Assembly (NCBI GenBank): GCA_034780895.1
Contig: JAUZTB010000033.1
Location: 38,493,108 to 38,557,107 of the forward strand
DNA: 64,000 nucleotides
Source: Rhynchobatus australiae
Taxonomy: Eukaryota
Direction: 5' to 3'
Shown one piece after another: positions 38,836-51,944 of this stretch (positions are counted from its first letter, which is position 1; each line of letters starts with the position of its first letter). The notes under the pieces are model-generated. The model saw only the letters and a list, made by a program, of their open reading frames with translations, had not been told where the DNA came from and did no database searches. A program made the translations under genes and the position numbers.

Positions 38836-40729
38836 AACGCATTGCTAGAGTTTTGACAGATATATGGAGCTTGACCTAACCCCGAAACCATTCAAAAGAA
38901 ATGTTATTCACAAGATGCTCAATGGAGTCTGATCACTCAGCCAAAGGTATAAGCTGAATTACTTGCACGTTACATTTTAAATTCTGTGAACTTGAACAGC
39001 TCTTGATGCTAGTAATAAATGAGATGGTATCACTTCAGCCATGTTTCAGTATTCATACTCAAAAGTTTTGAAAATTTTGATAACTTAGCTGATAATTTTT
39101 CAACAGGAATGCATCTAATGACTCTGAGTTATTAAACTGGAATCAAAAGACCTTCAACAGCTAAATGCTTTCAAAGTTCATTTGAAATATTTTCTCCATA
39201 CCCAGGGTTTCTGCAGTTTTTAAGTATGTGCCAAAACCTAATGGATTTTGTTTGTAGAAACTATCTTACTGCCTTGAAGTCTTTTTCACTTTATTCTTTG
39301 CCCCTTCCATTTTTTTTCTTTTTTTCCCTCCATTCTTTCAGACTTTCACCCTTCCTCTGCTTCCCTCTCTTTCCTTCACTCTCATTTTCTTGCTCTCAGT
39401 CTCTACTTATTTCTTCTTCCTCTCTGAAGTGCATACTGAAAAAGATGCTATCCTACCAGAACATCATTTAAATGCAAAGAATTTATACTGAGCTCCCCTA
39501 TTTTTCTGTGGACTAAAAATATTTCAAAGACAAATTGGCATTCTGAGTTTTAAAGAAAGATAGTTCCTTTGTTTTTGCAGAGTCCAAACTGTCCATCCGT
39601 CAGGGAACCTCATGTAATTTGGGTAAATTAAGAAAAATCTATTTTCATATCTTCACTGTTGTTATGCAACTGAATGTAGCAGCAATTTGTGCGAAATAAG
39701 GTCGTGTGTAGTGAGCAGGCAGATGAAACAGATGTTGCTTAAGGGAAGAATGTTGGCCAGTACAAGAATAAAAAATTCTGATTTGATTTGAATGGTAGCA
39801 TTAAGTATTGTACACTTACACAGTATTATTGTTAAATGTTGATAGTCATACAGCTCTCTCACTGTTCAGTCTCCTCTTCCTCCCAACTAGACTTGGTGAC
39901 TGTATCTCCAGTGAGACAGTTCAGTTCCTTATCAAAATCAGCCTCTTCCACTTGATTTACTTAAATTAATTTTTTACTGATGTTAATGAATAGTGATATT
40001 AACATAATAGAAAGAAAACATATTGTAATAACTAGCATTGACTATAATATAAATATCTATTATATCTTTCAGTCATTGGCATTGTAATACTTGGTCAAAA
40101 TATTGAGAAGGAGGTTAGCTATTTATTGTGTATTTAGGTGAAAGACATGAAATTTCTGTTCTCTAGGTTTATGCATGATTCCCCAGTTATGTTACTGTAT
40201 GGTAACATCTGTCATTCTTGTGGAATTTGTGCCTAACTACTGTACATGTATTGCTCTTTAGAATTCACCTGTTCCTTGGATCTAAATCTGCTCTGCAATT
40301 ACTGAGGTGTATTTAGCTTTAATAAGCCAACAGACTAATATAAAAGCCTCATCCAGTAATCATCTTTGTACTCTGTATAAATTGTGACTTTGTTACTGCA
40401 CGTTGGTTTTATCCTACATGCTAGTGTTTGCTGTAAATGTAAACACCTGCTCGATCTGTCTGTCACGTTGGTTACATTACATGCATTTCAGTGTGTTTGT
40501 ATATGTGCATGCACTTCCAGATATATTGTTCCTGCGTTCATGTGCTTGAATGTGCCAGCTTGTATGTTCTTGGGTATATGTACCACGTGACAGTCTGTGA
40601 ACAACAAATGACAGAACTCTGCTTTATTCTTGTTCTCTTTCTATCTCTATATATACATCCTGTAAGTTCATGTATTTACCATCCTGTTCTCTTCCTGCAT
40701 GTTTGCACATTGTTCTGCTGATTCACTAG

Positions 40730-40864
40730 TCACTTGCGCCTGAAAGCGATAGGCCGCAGCTATAGTGCACAAGACTTCAGACTACGTTCCAGAACAATGC
40801 CACCTTCAAGCCATAACGATACTAACTCTGACACTGCTTCTTCCAGCATCACCACTTTTCGAAG
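40730..40864 (+). CDS. PPP1R12C: Exon, possibly alternative (central-insert position): HLRLKAIGRSYSAQDFRLRSRTMPPSSHNDTNSDTASSSITTFR
   Basis: attcactag|T ... AG|gtactg; 135 nt, symmetric phase 2, open frame, CpG-richer than flanks. Confidence 0.78.
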
Positions 40865-42849
40865 GTACTGATCATATTGGCTTCTTTCAACATTTTGTAC
40901 TATAAGATGCACTGCTATGTTGTGAGCAGCACTGGCTGCTTGGATTCCTGGTCCAATTCTTCCAAGTGACAATGAGATAAAATTAGGCAGTAACTTGATG
41001 GGTAGGAATTCATTGTTTGCTTTTCTGCATAAAATCATGGTCTTGTAGTTCAAATTAATCATAAATGAAAAGTACTGAGATGTAGGCATCAATGAGGTGC
41101 ACAGTTTTGGACACGTGCCTTGGTTCAGAGCCTTGTGATCCTATGATTCATTAAGCATTGATTAGATCACTGGGTTTGGAGGGATGGCTTTTTGTGGTTC
41201 TCTGACAGAAAGCTGCTGGAAGTTCCTTTTCAACCTTGACCAAGAGGAAATAAGACTCAGAGGGAATTTCTTTTTGCTACTTAGAGGGAATAACATTAAT
41301 AGATGAAAAGAGTCATGTGCAGTAGAGAGGGGCTTGGATGAAGACATTTAGAGGGGTTGCACTCAGTGTGTTAACATTCATATTGAAGAGATTTACGTGG
41401 AGGATCGTACTTGAGAGTNNNNNNNNNNNNNNNNNNNNNNNNNNNNNNNNNNNNNNNNNNNNNNNNNNNNNNNNNNNNNNNNNNNNNNNNNNNNNNNNNN
41501 NNNNNNNNNNNNNNNNNNCTTGAGAGTTTGAACTGGAACAAGGACCCAATGTGTTTGCTACCAAATTCCTCTGGGGTTTGAGATTAGGTTAGTTACTAGT
41601 CATCCATTAATTTTCCTTTTTTGTTTCATAGATGGTTTGGTTATTTTATCTGATGTGTTCCCACACTGGTCTTTCCCAATAATTTTCATTATACTTCCCT
41701 TGCAGTGCATCTTTTGGAAGAAGGCAGGAGGGTCTTGCTAGTAGTTCTGCCCCAGGATCTGTCAGTACATTGTCCAATACAAGAGCAACATCTTCAGGAG
41801 ACAGTTACACAAGTCGGTAAGACTGTCTCTGCAATCTGGAATTCATGGTTTTCATGACTTATGGAGGAGCTGCACCATGTCCGAAAGGCCTCTGCTCCGC
41901 CACTTCTGTGAATCCTATTACAGTTTGTTATTTTCATGGTTAACATTGAAGCTGTTATATCAGTTTTCTCCTTCATCTCTCCATCCTATCTTTGTCTTAT
42001 TCGTGACACTCTTTCTCTTCCTCTTATTCCCCCTCTCTTTCAAGTTTGAAATATTTGTGTGAGTTTGTTGTTTCGTTAATTCTATTTGTGTTGATCATTT
42101 CTCCTGTGCAATCAGTATATTAAAAAAAATTGGATGATGTTTCCCTCAGGGTGGCGTAATTAGGTTTTAATGTATCATTTTTCCAGAATATCATTTAGTT
42201 TAAAGCCAGTTGTAATAAGTTTTAAAGTCCTTGTCAATCTTATCAGGAGATTGCATAGTATTTAACAGATGCTATAACTATGCTGCATGAAAACAGATTC
42301 TGCTCTGAAGACTGTACACGTTTGCGATTCAAAAAAATGTTTTGAGATTAAATGATAAATCAAATAGGCAGTCCCATTTCCATAAACAAATAAATCAGAA
42401 ATAAATCTGGGTACCTTGGATAAAACTGTGGTGGAACACATTTGCTTGTTAATAGCAAACAATCCAGTGGGAAATTCAGGATGAAGACAGGAGGTTCTTG
42501 AGCGAGGATTAATCAAACATAGAACAAACTTCCAGGAGATTAATGGAAACAGAAAGTTCTAGCATCATTCAATGAGTTACAGAATTAGAACGAGTGATAA
42601 GGTACTGCAGGAACTAAAGTTGGCCAAGTAGCCTTTCTCTTTTAGTTTAAATTATTTCCACGATTGCCTTTGAGACCTTACAAAGGAGGGCACTGTAAGG
42701 TAATTTCAATATCAGGCATTTGGGATGTGAGCAGAGGACTTGAGGGTGTTGTGATTCTGTAGGCTGTAAATGTTGTTGAATTTTCTCTCCTACCATTTTT
42801 CTGAAAGGGGGAAACTCTGAGGTGAGGTAAGGAGATTTGAAAATTCTCT

Positions 42850-43590
42850 CTCATCAATCACCATCTGAACACATGCCCTTTATTGGACTCCTTCCTCATA
42901 TTTCCATCCCTGCCACAACATTGAAATAACAATGACCAAAATCACTTTTGACACCATATGTGATTGTGATGGTGGTAAATCCAACCCTCCTTGTCCTTCT
43001 CAACATCTCTGCATCCTTTAACGTGGTTGACTAGACCTTCCACCTCCAGTACCTCCACTATCATTCAGCTGGATGAGACGACAGGTGACTGGTTTCATTT
43101 TAATCATTTGCAGCCAAGGTTATGCAGCAATGGCTTCACTTCCTGGACCAACACTAATTGCCTCAGTAACTCGCAAGGCTCCCTACTGTTATCTATATGC
43201 TGCCCTTCAGCACATCACACTGAAACAAGATGTCAGTTCCAAATGTGGGCTGATGACACCCAGCTTTACCCCCTCACTACCTTGTGTTTGACATGCAACA
43301 CTCTGAGCAGAAATTCCCTCCAACTGAATGAGGGAGTGAACAATACATTAACTTTGGTCCCTGTCACAAACACCATTCCCTAGCCTTCAACTACATCACT
43401 TTCATTGGCATCTATCTAAAAGGGAACCAGATTATTCATATTCTTGCTGTTGTACTTAAACTAAGCTGAGTTTCAGACCATATACTGTATCAGTATCATC
43501 TCTATTATCTTTTGTAATGTTGCACAATTCTACCTCTTCCTCTGTATTCTGCTGCTGTAATCCTCATCCATGGCTATGTAACCTCGAAAT
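42850..43590 (+). mobile_element. L2-clade LINE RT fragment
   Basis: FQMWADDTQLY (L2 YADDTQLY), QGS.L and N.LQLN motifs in ORF 42991. Confidence 0.75.
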
Positions 43591-43899
43591 TGGCAGGGTC
43601 AATTGTAATCCAAATGGACTGAAGGAATCTCCTGATTTTTCAGTGAATTACAGCTCTGTCTAGTGTATTACCTTCAATCAAAGCAATAACTTTGCTGAAT
43701 AAGGCTGATTTAAACATTTTGTCGCTTGGAGCTTCATGTATAGTTAGTACTTTGCTCAATACCTTAATTCAGACTAGATGTAAACATTTTCCCTGGTGCA
43801 CTGAGACCTGATATTTTACAGATCAAGTGATAGTTTCTGCTATACTGTATAAGGGAAGACTTAATTCACAGGTCTTACTTTGTTCCTTCTTATCCTCAG

Positions 43900-43998
43900 C
43901 TCCCAGACTCAAAACCAAGCAGGAAATGCAGCAGAGAAAGAGAGTAATCCAACCACGCAAGGCACTGGTTATGGTACAGAGAACCGTGAGAGACGCAG
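43900..43998 (+). CDS. PPP1R12C: Exon: SQTQNQAGNAAEKESNPTTQGTGYGTENRERR(R)
   Basis: tatcctcag|C ... AG|gtacca; 99 nt, phase 2 to 2; ends in RERRR leading into SYLTPVRD. Confidence 0.92.
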
Positions 43999-44494
43999 GT
44001 ACCAGTTACGAGTGAAATGCTCAAACGATGCCGTGAGCTCAGTATGAACCACATACTCAAAACAGAATCTCTTGTGTGCAGTATATTCTGTAGTCGGTTG
44101 CTAACTCTATAATAGATTTGGGAAAGCAAAGAATTTTAATTCTTAAAGTGTGCATACTGTTAGTGGAATCCATTAAAGAATAGAACTTTGCTGTTTTAAA
44201 GCTCCAATCTGATACAAGTCTAACCAGACTCAGTCCTGTGCCCCATAGAGACNNNNNNNNNNNNNNNNNNNNNNNNNNNNNNNNNNNNNNNNNNNNNNNN
44301 NNNNNNNNNNNNNNNNNNNNNNNNNNNNNNNNNNNNNNNNNNNNNNNNNNNNNNNNNNNNNNNNNNNNNNNNNNNNNNNNNNNNNNNNNNNNNNNNNNNN
44401 NNNNNNNNNNNNNNNNNNNNNNNNNNNNNNNNNNNNNNNNNNNNNNNNNNNNNNNNNNNNNNNNNNNNNNNNNNNNNNNNNNNNNNNNNNNNNG

Positions 44495-45310
44495 GAAGCC
44501 ATTCAGAGCATCATGTAAGTTCCATCCTGAGAAACAGCTATTATGCTTAATTCTTATTCCCAACTCCTGGTCTTGTAGCCTTGTGGGTTATGGCACATCA
44601 AATGATTAACCAGATATTAAGAATTCCTGTCTCCATCACCCTTCAGCCAGCAAGTTCCTTATACCAGTTCCCTTGTGGAACAAGTCCTCTACTCCCCTTT
44701 AATCTTTCTACCAATTGTATTAAATCAGTGCCGCCTTGTTAATGGTATCTCTGCCAAGGGAAACAGGTCCTTCCTGGACACTATATCTAGGCCTCTTGTT
44801 GTTATAAGGACCTCACTTTAAATTGTCATTTAGCTGTCACTATTTGAAAGAAAGCAACCCCAAATGGCAAATCTTCTGTCATAACTAAAAATCACCAGAC
44901 CTGGCAACATGCTCATTCATCTTGCCCAGCATCTCCAGTGCCATCACATCCTCACCCTAAAGTGGGGATTAAACCAGTACACTTGCTGTGACCTGCTTCT
45001 TTTATAGTTTCAGCAGAACATCCCTGTGCTTATATTCTTTGAGTTAGCCAAATAAAAAAAATTATTCACATGCCTTCTTCAGAATGTTTTTTCTCTCCCT
45101 GAATTGTTCCTTTGGGATCTGTAAATATATACTCCAAGATCTGTCTGTTATTCCATATCTTTTATTACTCTATTGCTTATTATTGTATTCTTTTGATAAG
45201 TTCACTCTCCCCAAATACCATTACTGTGGATTGAATTCCATTTATTATCTTTGTGCCTATCTAGCCGGTCCTTTGGTACCTTTTTGCTGTCATCAGTTTT
45301 CCACCCTATG
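44495..45310 (-). mobile_element. Degenerate CR1 3' portion
   Basis: gggaaacaggtccttcc, ctggcaacatgctcatt (RMLPG) and related words reversed. Confidence 0.6.
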
Positions 45311-46599
45311 ATCCCCTAACACTTTTTTTAAACCAATTATTTCATTCTGCTTTATCAATTTCCTTTGGGTTGCAATTATTTTATTGCTCATAAGCTACAT
45401 TTCTCTTCCAGTCCATTGGCTGAAACCTTTAACAGTTCTAAAGGAACACTCACTGTAATTCTCCCAAGGCAACTAGAGATCAGCAATAAATGCCTGCCTT
45501 GCCNNNNNNNNNNNNNNNNNNNNNNNNNNNNNNNNNNNNNNNNNNNNNNNNNNNNTAAATCATTTAATTGTGTTCAAAAAAAGTACATCATTAACTAGAA
45601 TTGAAATGGAAGTTACCCTGCACTATCAAACCTCTTAAAAGACATGGAGAGCCACCTTATTTTGAGATTTTATTCTAGTTGCTTATTCAATTATACTGAG
45701 CCAAAGTATTGATCGTAATGGGTTAGCTGAATGATGTGAAAACATGTTTGTTATACAGGCAAATCATTGAGCCTTTAGAGTTGATAGACTGATGTTTTTG
45801 TTTGGAGCCTTTGAGTCTGGAATACATAAGAAGCACATTGTATTTCATTGGGAGTCTGCAAATTCAATGGCAGCAATTTGGCTTTGCTTAACATCACTAA
45901 TATCCTTTTTAAAATTGGACGCCAAGTTGATGATGGGAGAAGTGGCTAAAAGGTTGGTTAGGAAACTTGATATTAAGGCCGTTGACGGTTTTGAGGAGAA
46001 AGTTCCAGAGCACAGCATGGTGAAGTATTCATCCAAAAACCTTTTAGAAGTCTGACTGAGGGAAGGCATGAGGTGAACAGATAACCAGGCTTCACATCAA
46101 ACAGGGAAGAATTGAAAGACAAAGTGTAAATTGCTGCAACTCCAGGAGGGATGAAAGGCAGACCATGGGGAAAGTTCAAATTGAAACTTAAAACAGGGCA
46201 GAAAAAAATGTTANNNNNNNNNNNNNNNNNNNNNNNNNNNNNNNNNNNNNNNNNNNNNNNNNNNNNNNNNNNNNNNNNNNNNNNNNNNNNNNNNNNNNNN
46301 NNNNNNNNNNNNNGCTGAATAAGAAACGGACTCTGCAGAGAACTGAGTAAGCCGTGTCGGGCTGGAGTTGGTAGTTCATCCAACGAAGCATCAGTAAGTC
46401 TTAGATGTCTGCCTATGTGCTGCTGAATGTGGAAGTCTGAAATTTGCTGAGTGACAGATGGTGTTGTAGGATCACTCGCATAGGATTAAAGTCCCCATTC
46501 ATTTCGGTGGCAATTCCAGGTCTGTGGAATAGGGAAAAAAAAAATGTGAAAATGTTCTTTAAAAAAAATTACCTCCCATTTTTATTCAAAAGCAGAAAC

Positions 46600-47830
46600 T
46601 ACCGAACTACAGGTAGTTCAGCATTTCTCACAGATGTTAATGTTGTTATTTGAAACTTCGTAGCAGGGCATTTAGAAAAATCCAAGATAATCAGGGAAAT
46701 CATGTTCGATGAACTTAGTGGAGATCTTTGAAGAAGTAGTGTGTCCCATGGATAAAGAGGGGGGTGGGGAGTCAGTATACTGTACTGGATTCAAGGTTGT
46801 TGTAGAAAATAAATGTTCATGCTGTAGAAGGCAACATATTGATGTGGGTCGAAGAGAAGATTGGCTGATACAAAACAGTGAACAGGCATAAATGTTTCCT
46901 TTTCTGGTTGGCAATGTGTAGTGAGCAGTAATGCCATAGGGATCAATGCAGGGGCTTCAACTTTTTATTATTTCTATAAATGACTGAGATGAATGCATCA
47001 AAAGTATAACTGCCAAGTTTGCTGATGAATGAAAGATAGGCAGGAAAATAAACTGTGAAGGGGACACAAGGAGGCTACAGAGGATATAGATAGGTTAAAT
47101 GAATGGGCAAAGAACTGGCAAATGAAATATACTATGGGGAAATGTGTAATTGTTCATTTTGGCAGGAACATTAAAAAGATTACACATTTTATTTAAATGG
47201 TTAGAGTTTGCAGAGCTCTGAGATGCAGAGGGATCTGGCATGCATGCAGGTAATTAGGAAAGCTACAGTGTTGTAATTCAGTGAGAGGGATCGAATACAA
47301 AAGCGGGGAGGTTATGCTTCATTTAAGTAGGCCATTGGTGAAACCATATCTGGAGTACTGTGTCCAGTATTGGATGAGTTATTTAAGGAAAGATGTTAAT
47401 TCATTAGGTGTGGTTCTGAGGTTTACTGGAATTTATGTATTAAATAGGAAGGTCATCTAATAAGGAAAGTGTGGAATAGACCAGCCTTGTATCTAATGGA
47501 ATCCAGAAGAGTAACATGTGACTTGATTAAAACTTACATGATCCTGATGGGTTTTAACAAGGTATTTAGAGAGGATGTTACCTCTTGTTGGAGAATCTAG
47601 AACTGGGGCTCACTGTTCAAATATAAAGGGTCACCAATTTAATGTAGATGAAGCAATTTTTTTCTCAGTGTTGCAAGTCTTCAGAACTTTGTTCACCAAA
47701 GAGCAGTGGAAGCAGTGTTTGTGAACATTAAGGCAGAAGTAGATAGATACTTAGTATCCAACCATTCNNNNNNNNNNCGCCTTGCTTATTAAGTTGTAGA
47801 GCAGGCATGAGGAGACCCCAATTTGTATGT
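46600..47830 (+). mobile_element. Degenerate CR1 RT and 3' end
   Basis: KFAD, RLQ.DIDRL.EWAK.WQ, GKC.IVHFGR, LVKPYLEYCVQYW and GESRT motifs. Confidence 0.85.
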
Positions 47831-48915
47831 TTCATTATTTTGAAGTGATTTTACATATAGCAATATTTAGATTGAAAATAAAGTATCTTCAAATCCTTGA
47901 TAGAGAGACAACTTTAAATCTATTTATATACAACTCAAATTGAATGCTTCTAATCAGATCATTATAGTTAAGCTACAAAAAAAGACAGAAGTACAACCTA
48001 CGAAGATCTGTGGTACATGATGACCCCAGTTTTCATTTGCCTCCCCCATTTCTCCTGTCTACTTTGGGTGGTGCAGTTATCAGAAGTTTACATTTTGATT
48101 GCAGCAGAACCCAACCGTGATTTGAGTCTTGGATCACTGAGGTGTTACACCTGTTTGGGGAAGGAAAACGTTTGCTGCTGCAGCACCTTCTTAGAACCTC
48201 CAGATGCACAGTGGAGCTTAACCACCTGAGAAGCAAAACTTTCCTGAATTGGTGCCGAACAACAAACCCTCCTATCCAAAGGGACAGTCCTACTGCTTCC
48301 AGTGTCCTATATGATGCCACCCTTTGGCTTAGATATCAATTTAAATGCTTTGTTATTTTAGATGAGAGTTCACTGCCCTTCCTAGGGAAATCCTAACAAT
48401 AGCAATATTGTGCACAAAAAGGGTCCAGGCAGAGCGAAAAAGACCTCCCTTTAGTCTGAAGCCAGCAGGCTATCTCCCAGTAGGCAGAAAATCAGCCCCA
48501 TTGATATGATTGCTGTAATTCAAGCCATAACATCAGCTGCATGGTGTGAGCTACCTTCATTACTGGATTCTAATTAGACAGCTGTATAATTTATCCTTCA
48601 CAGATCAGGACAGGTTTATGTCACATTGAAAACCATTTGTAAAGGACGTGAAGATTACTGATCAATTAGTGAGGATAAAAATTTACAATTCAAAGTACCA
48701 ATTTTCTAAGTTTTTTTTTGACTAATGAGTTTTTTTGGACTGGGACTGCCTTGGGCATGCTTGAACATCAGAATTGACAAGGAGTTACAAGCAGACTTCA
48801 TAGCTGTGACTTCCTTCCATCCAATGTACAATAGTTTCTCTTTGGGTGCAATGCACGATCAGTCTTCACCGCTGCCTTTAAAGTGATTGTTCTCTGCATT
48901 GTTTCACCCACTCAG

Positions 48916-49006
48916 ATCCTACCTCACCCCAGTTCGTGATGAGGAAGCTGAAGCACAACGGAAGGCGCGTTCGCGACATGCCCGCCAGTCTCGCAGGTCC
49001 ACACAG
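48916..49006 (+). CDS. PPP1R12C: Exon: SYLTPVRDEEAEAQRKARSRHARQSRRSTQ (site equivalent to MYPT1 T696)
   Basis: cactcag|A ... CAG|gtgaga; 91 nt, phase 2 to 0; hallmark MYPT motif. Confidence 0.98.
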
Positions 49007-49354
49007 GTGAGACAGTACAGCCTCTGCAAAACATTGTGCTGTAATCTTACCCACCCTCATGTTCACTGTTGGATACTGGAATTCTGAATCGGTTGCCAGA
49101 TAGTAAGAGATTAAAAACCAAACTAATTTTTCTCCAATAAACATAAACTAATATTGGATGTGGAATAGAGATTTGCATAAGAGGTTTGTCTGTGTGTGTT
49201 CACTAGGGGTTTATACGATTTCAAATACATTCCGTGTTCTGTCAGCCCTCACCATTGTTCCACTCCATGCATTTCCTTTACTGCTTGGAAGGGGCATCAT
49301 AAGGCTTTAAAAACATTTTAACCTTTACTGTATTAAGCATGCACATCCTTAATA

Positions 49355-49598
49355 CAGTAAAACTATAACCTGGCACACTCAGGATTTTGGTGCCAGGTTG
49401 GCAAATTTTCCAGATTGTTGGATTTGACCCATTTTAATTCACATATTACAGTATTAAAATGAATTTTCCAGTAAACCAGGCAAGTCTAAAAGGCATACAG
49501 GAGTGGGAATGGAGTGCTGCAATTGTCACCTCATAAGCCAAATGCTGAATCATAAGGATTTCTGAATAATTGGACAGTGGATTAGCAGAGTTTTATTG
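49355..49598. mobile_element. Tc1/mariner (Tigger-like) MITE
   Basis: TA|CAGTAAAACT ... AGTTTTATTG|TA termini with TA duplication; internal palindrome aacctggcac..gtgccaggtt. Confidence 0.65.
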
Positions 49599-49778
49599 TA
49601 TTGTGGAATGAATATGTGAATAGATATCCAAAAACCCTTAGCATTTTATCCAATGATTATTGGGGTGTTCTTTGTCCCTGCTTGCCTTTCATCCCCACCC
49701 CCCAACCTTATACATACCCCACCAGACTGATTCAGAACTTGCTGTTCTGTTTCTGTTATATTTCATTTTTTAATGCAG

Positions 49779-49940
49779 GGTGTGACACTGACAGACCTCC
49801 AAGAAGCTGAGAAAACAATTGGAATCCAGCGTGAGAAGAAAGCTGCAGAACAGGAGAAAGAGAAAGAAAAGGAAGAGAAAGAAGGAGAAAGTAAAGACTT
49901 AGCCTCGAAATACAGATATAGCAGGAGCAGTCAGGATGAG
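49779..49940 (+). CDS. PPP1R12C: Exon: GVTLTDLQEAEKTIGIQREKKAAEQEKEKEKEEKEGESKDLASKYRYSRSSQDE
   Basis: taatgcag|GGT ... GAG|gtgaga; 162 nt, phase 0 to 0. Confidence 0.97.
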
Positions 49941-50726
49941 GTGAGATGATTAGCTACCTATAATAACCAGGTGGCTTTGTTACACTTAATGCTCCAAGCC
50001 TGTCTGCCAACATCAAAGCACCACCCAAAACTTTCTGATGCCTGTGTCAAAACACACACCAACTCTGATCAACATTGCTCTATATGCTGAGTTATGACAG
50101 ATCCTGGATAAGTAAGACCTTCATTTTAATAATTGTTTTCAAATCTGTGAATGATCTCTCCGTACCTGTTCCTTTAAACTCCTCCACCTCTATAGATTCC
50201 CATGCATTTCCATAGGTCTGCCATTTTGCACATCCCCAATTTCAATCAGTTGGTGGCTTTGTTATTTAAATGCAAGTTGTTGATATTACTCTCTTAATCC
50301 TTCAGTTACACTCAGGTTATAACAAGTCATGGGGTTGCTTTAAAGAATTAATTTTTGGAATGCTGTGTGTCAGTCCTGCCATTACCATGTCTCTTCCTCT
50401 GATGTCATCTCTGCAGATCTCTGACAACTATCAGATTGTGCAATTCTGAACTTCTTCACCTCTTCCTTTGCATGTTTTCCACTGATCTCTCTCTTTTTGA
50501 ATCCTTTAAATAAGAGAAGGGATGCTCATGGAAATACATTGGTTGAGAGAGAAATCTTCAAATGAGTGCTAGACCATTCCGGATTCACATTGGGAAGTAT
50601 TGTTTACCATGCAAAGACAGTAGAAANNNNNNNNNNNNNNNNNNNNNNNNNNNNNNNNNNNNNNNNNNNNNNNNNNNNNNNNNNNNNNNNNNNNNNNNNN
50701 NNNNNNNNNNNNNNNNNNNNNNNNNN

Positions 50727-51058
50727 GGGATCATTCTTGTGAACCTCCTCTGGACCGTCTCCAGGGCCAGCACATCCTTCCTTAGATACGAGGCCCAAGT
50801 ATTCAAAATTTTGAATATTTGAATACAATATTCCAAATGCAGTCTGACCAACACCTTGTAAAGCCTCAGCAGTACGTCCTTGCTTTTATATTCTAGTCCT
50901 CTCCAAATGAATGCTAACATTGCATTTTCCTTCCTTAATACCGACTTGATCTGTAAGTTAACCCGGAGGGAATCCTGAACTAGGACACCCAGGTCCCTTT
51001 GCACCTCTGATTTCTGAATTTTCTCCCCATTTAGAAAATAGTCTACATCTTTATTCTA
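50727..51058 (-). mobile_element. CR1 ORF2 fragment (well preserved)
   Basis: QRDLGVLV...LYKVLVRLHLEYCIQ...LETVQRRFTRMI. Confidence 0.92.
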
Positions 51059-51390
51059 ACTGCTTTTCTGCAGCACTGCTTGCGAACTGCACTGGGTGTG
51101 TGCTCTGGATGGGTGTAGCAGACTCTAATCACACTTCCTGGTTAGTTTATTTTGAATTCTTGCCCTCGAGTCTTCCTTTGAGAGTGGTATTTTACTTCCA
51201 TGGCAACAAATCTTTTAAATCAATGGGCTAATTTATCTTTATTCATGCCCTGTGAGAATTGAATGATCCCGGAAAGGGACAGTCACGGGGCACTGTGACC
51301 CTCCATACCTTTGCTACTTTCCATTTTGGCACGGAAACTGAGGGGAAGGTTGCTGGAGTCCTGGACACATGGAGATTCTGTGTCACTGCT

Positions 51391-51534
51391 CTATTGGTAT
51401 TGGTATTGGTTTATTATTGTTACTTGTAATGAGGTACAGTGAAAAGCTTGTCTTACAAACCGGTCGTACAGGTCAATTCATTACACAGTGCAGTTACATT
51501 GAGTCAGTACAGAGTGCATTGATGTAGTACAGGC
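51391..51534 (-). mobile_element. Non-LTR element 3' tip with (CCAATA)n tail, probably Rex1/Babar
   Basis: tattggtattggtattggtttattattg is the reverse complement of aataaa followed by a hexamer tail. Confidence 0.6.
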
Positions 51535-51805
51535 ATAGTTAGTGACAGTTTAAATTTAAAAGTGTAGAACGATTATTAGTAAAGGTAATGAGTAGATCTG
51601 TAGAGAGCAGCTTGCAACGTGTTGCCATGCTCTGGCGCCATTTTGCTCCTTTAATCTCTGGAGAATCTACATTCTCCCCCTTGCATTTTTGTCCATTAGC
51701 CCTGCCTTTTTCATTCTGTGCTTTTGGTGATTTTATTTGAATGTGTAGGTTGTCTCTCAAAGTGCCATTATTTAGTGTCACCCTCTATGTTGCTGCCTTA
51801 TACAG

Positions 51806-51944
51806 GAGAAGAACTGGCGTTCGAGACTAGCCAACCTACAGAAAGCAGATCTGCTGGGTCTAACCTCCTATTCCACAGATTCTAATCGTTCAAATGTTCC
51901 AACTTACACCTGCCACAATGCTGTACAGCCTCTTGACAACAAAG
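51806..51944 (+). CDS. PPP1R12C: Exon: EKNWRSRLANLQKADLLGLTSYSTDSNRSNVPTYTCHNAVQPLDNK
   Basis: cttatacag|GAG ... AAAG|gtattc; 139 nt, supplies phase 0 to 1. Confidence 0.9.

Noticed and set aside
39581-39613. Possible 33-nt phase 2-2 microexon (tttttgcag|AGTCC...CAT|gtaatt)
   Set aside because: Weak donor, no recognisable homology, not needed for frame.
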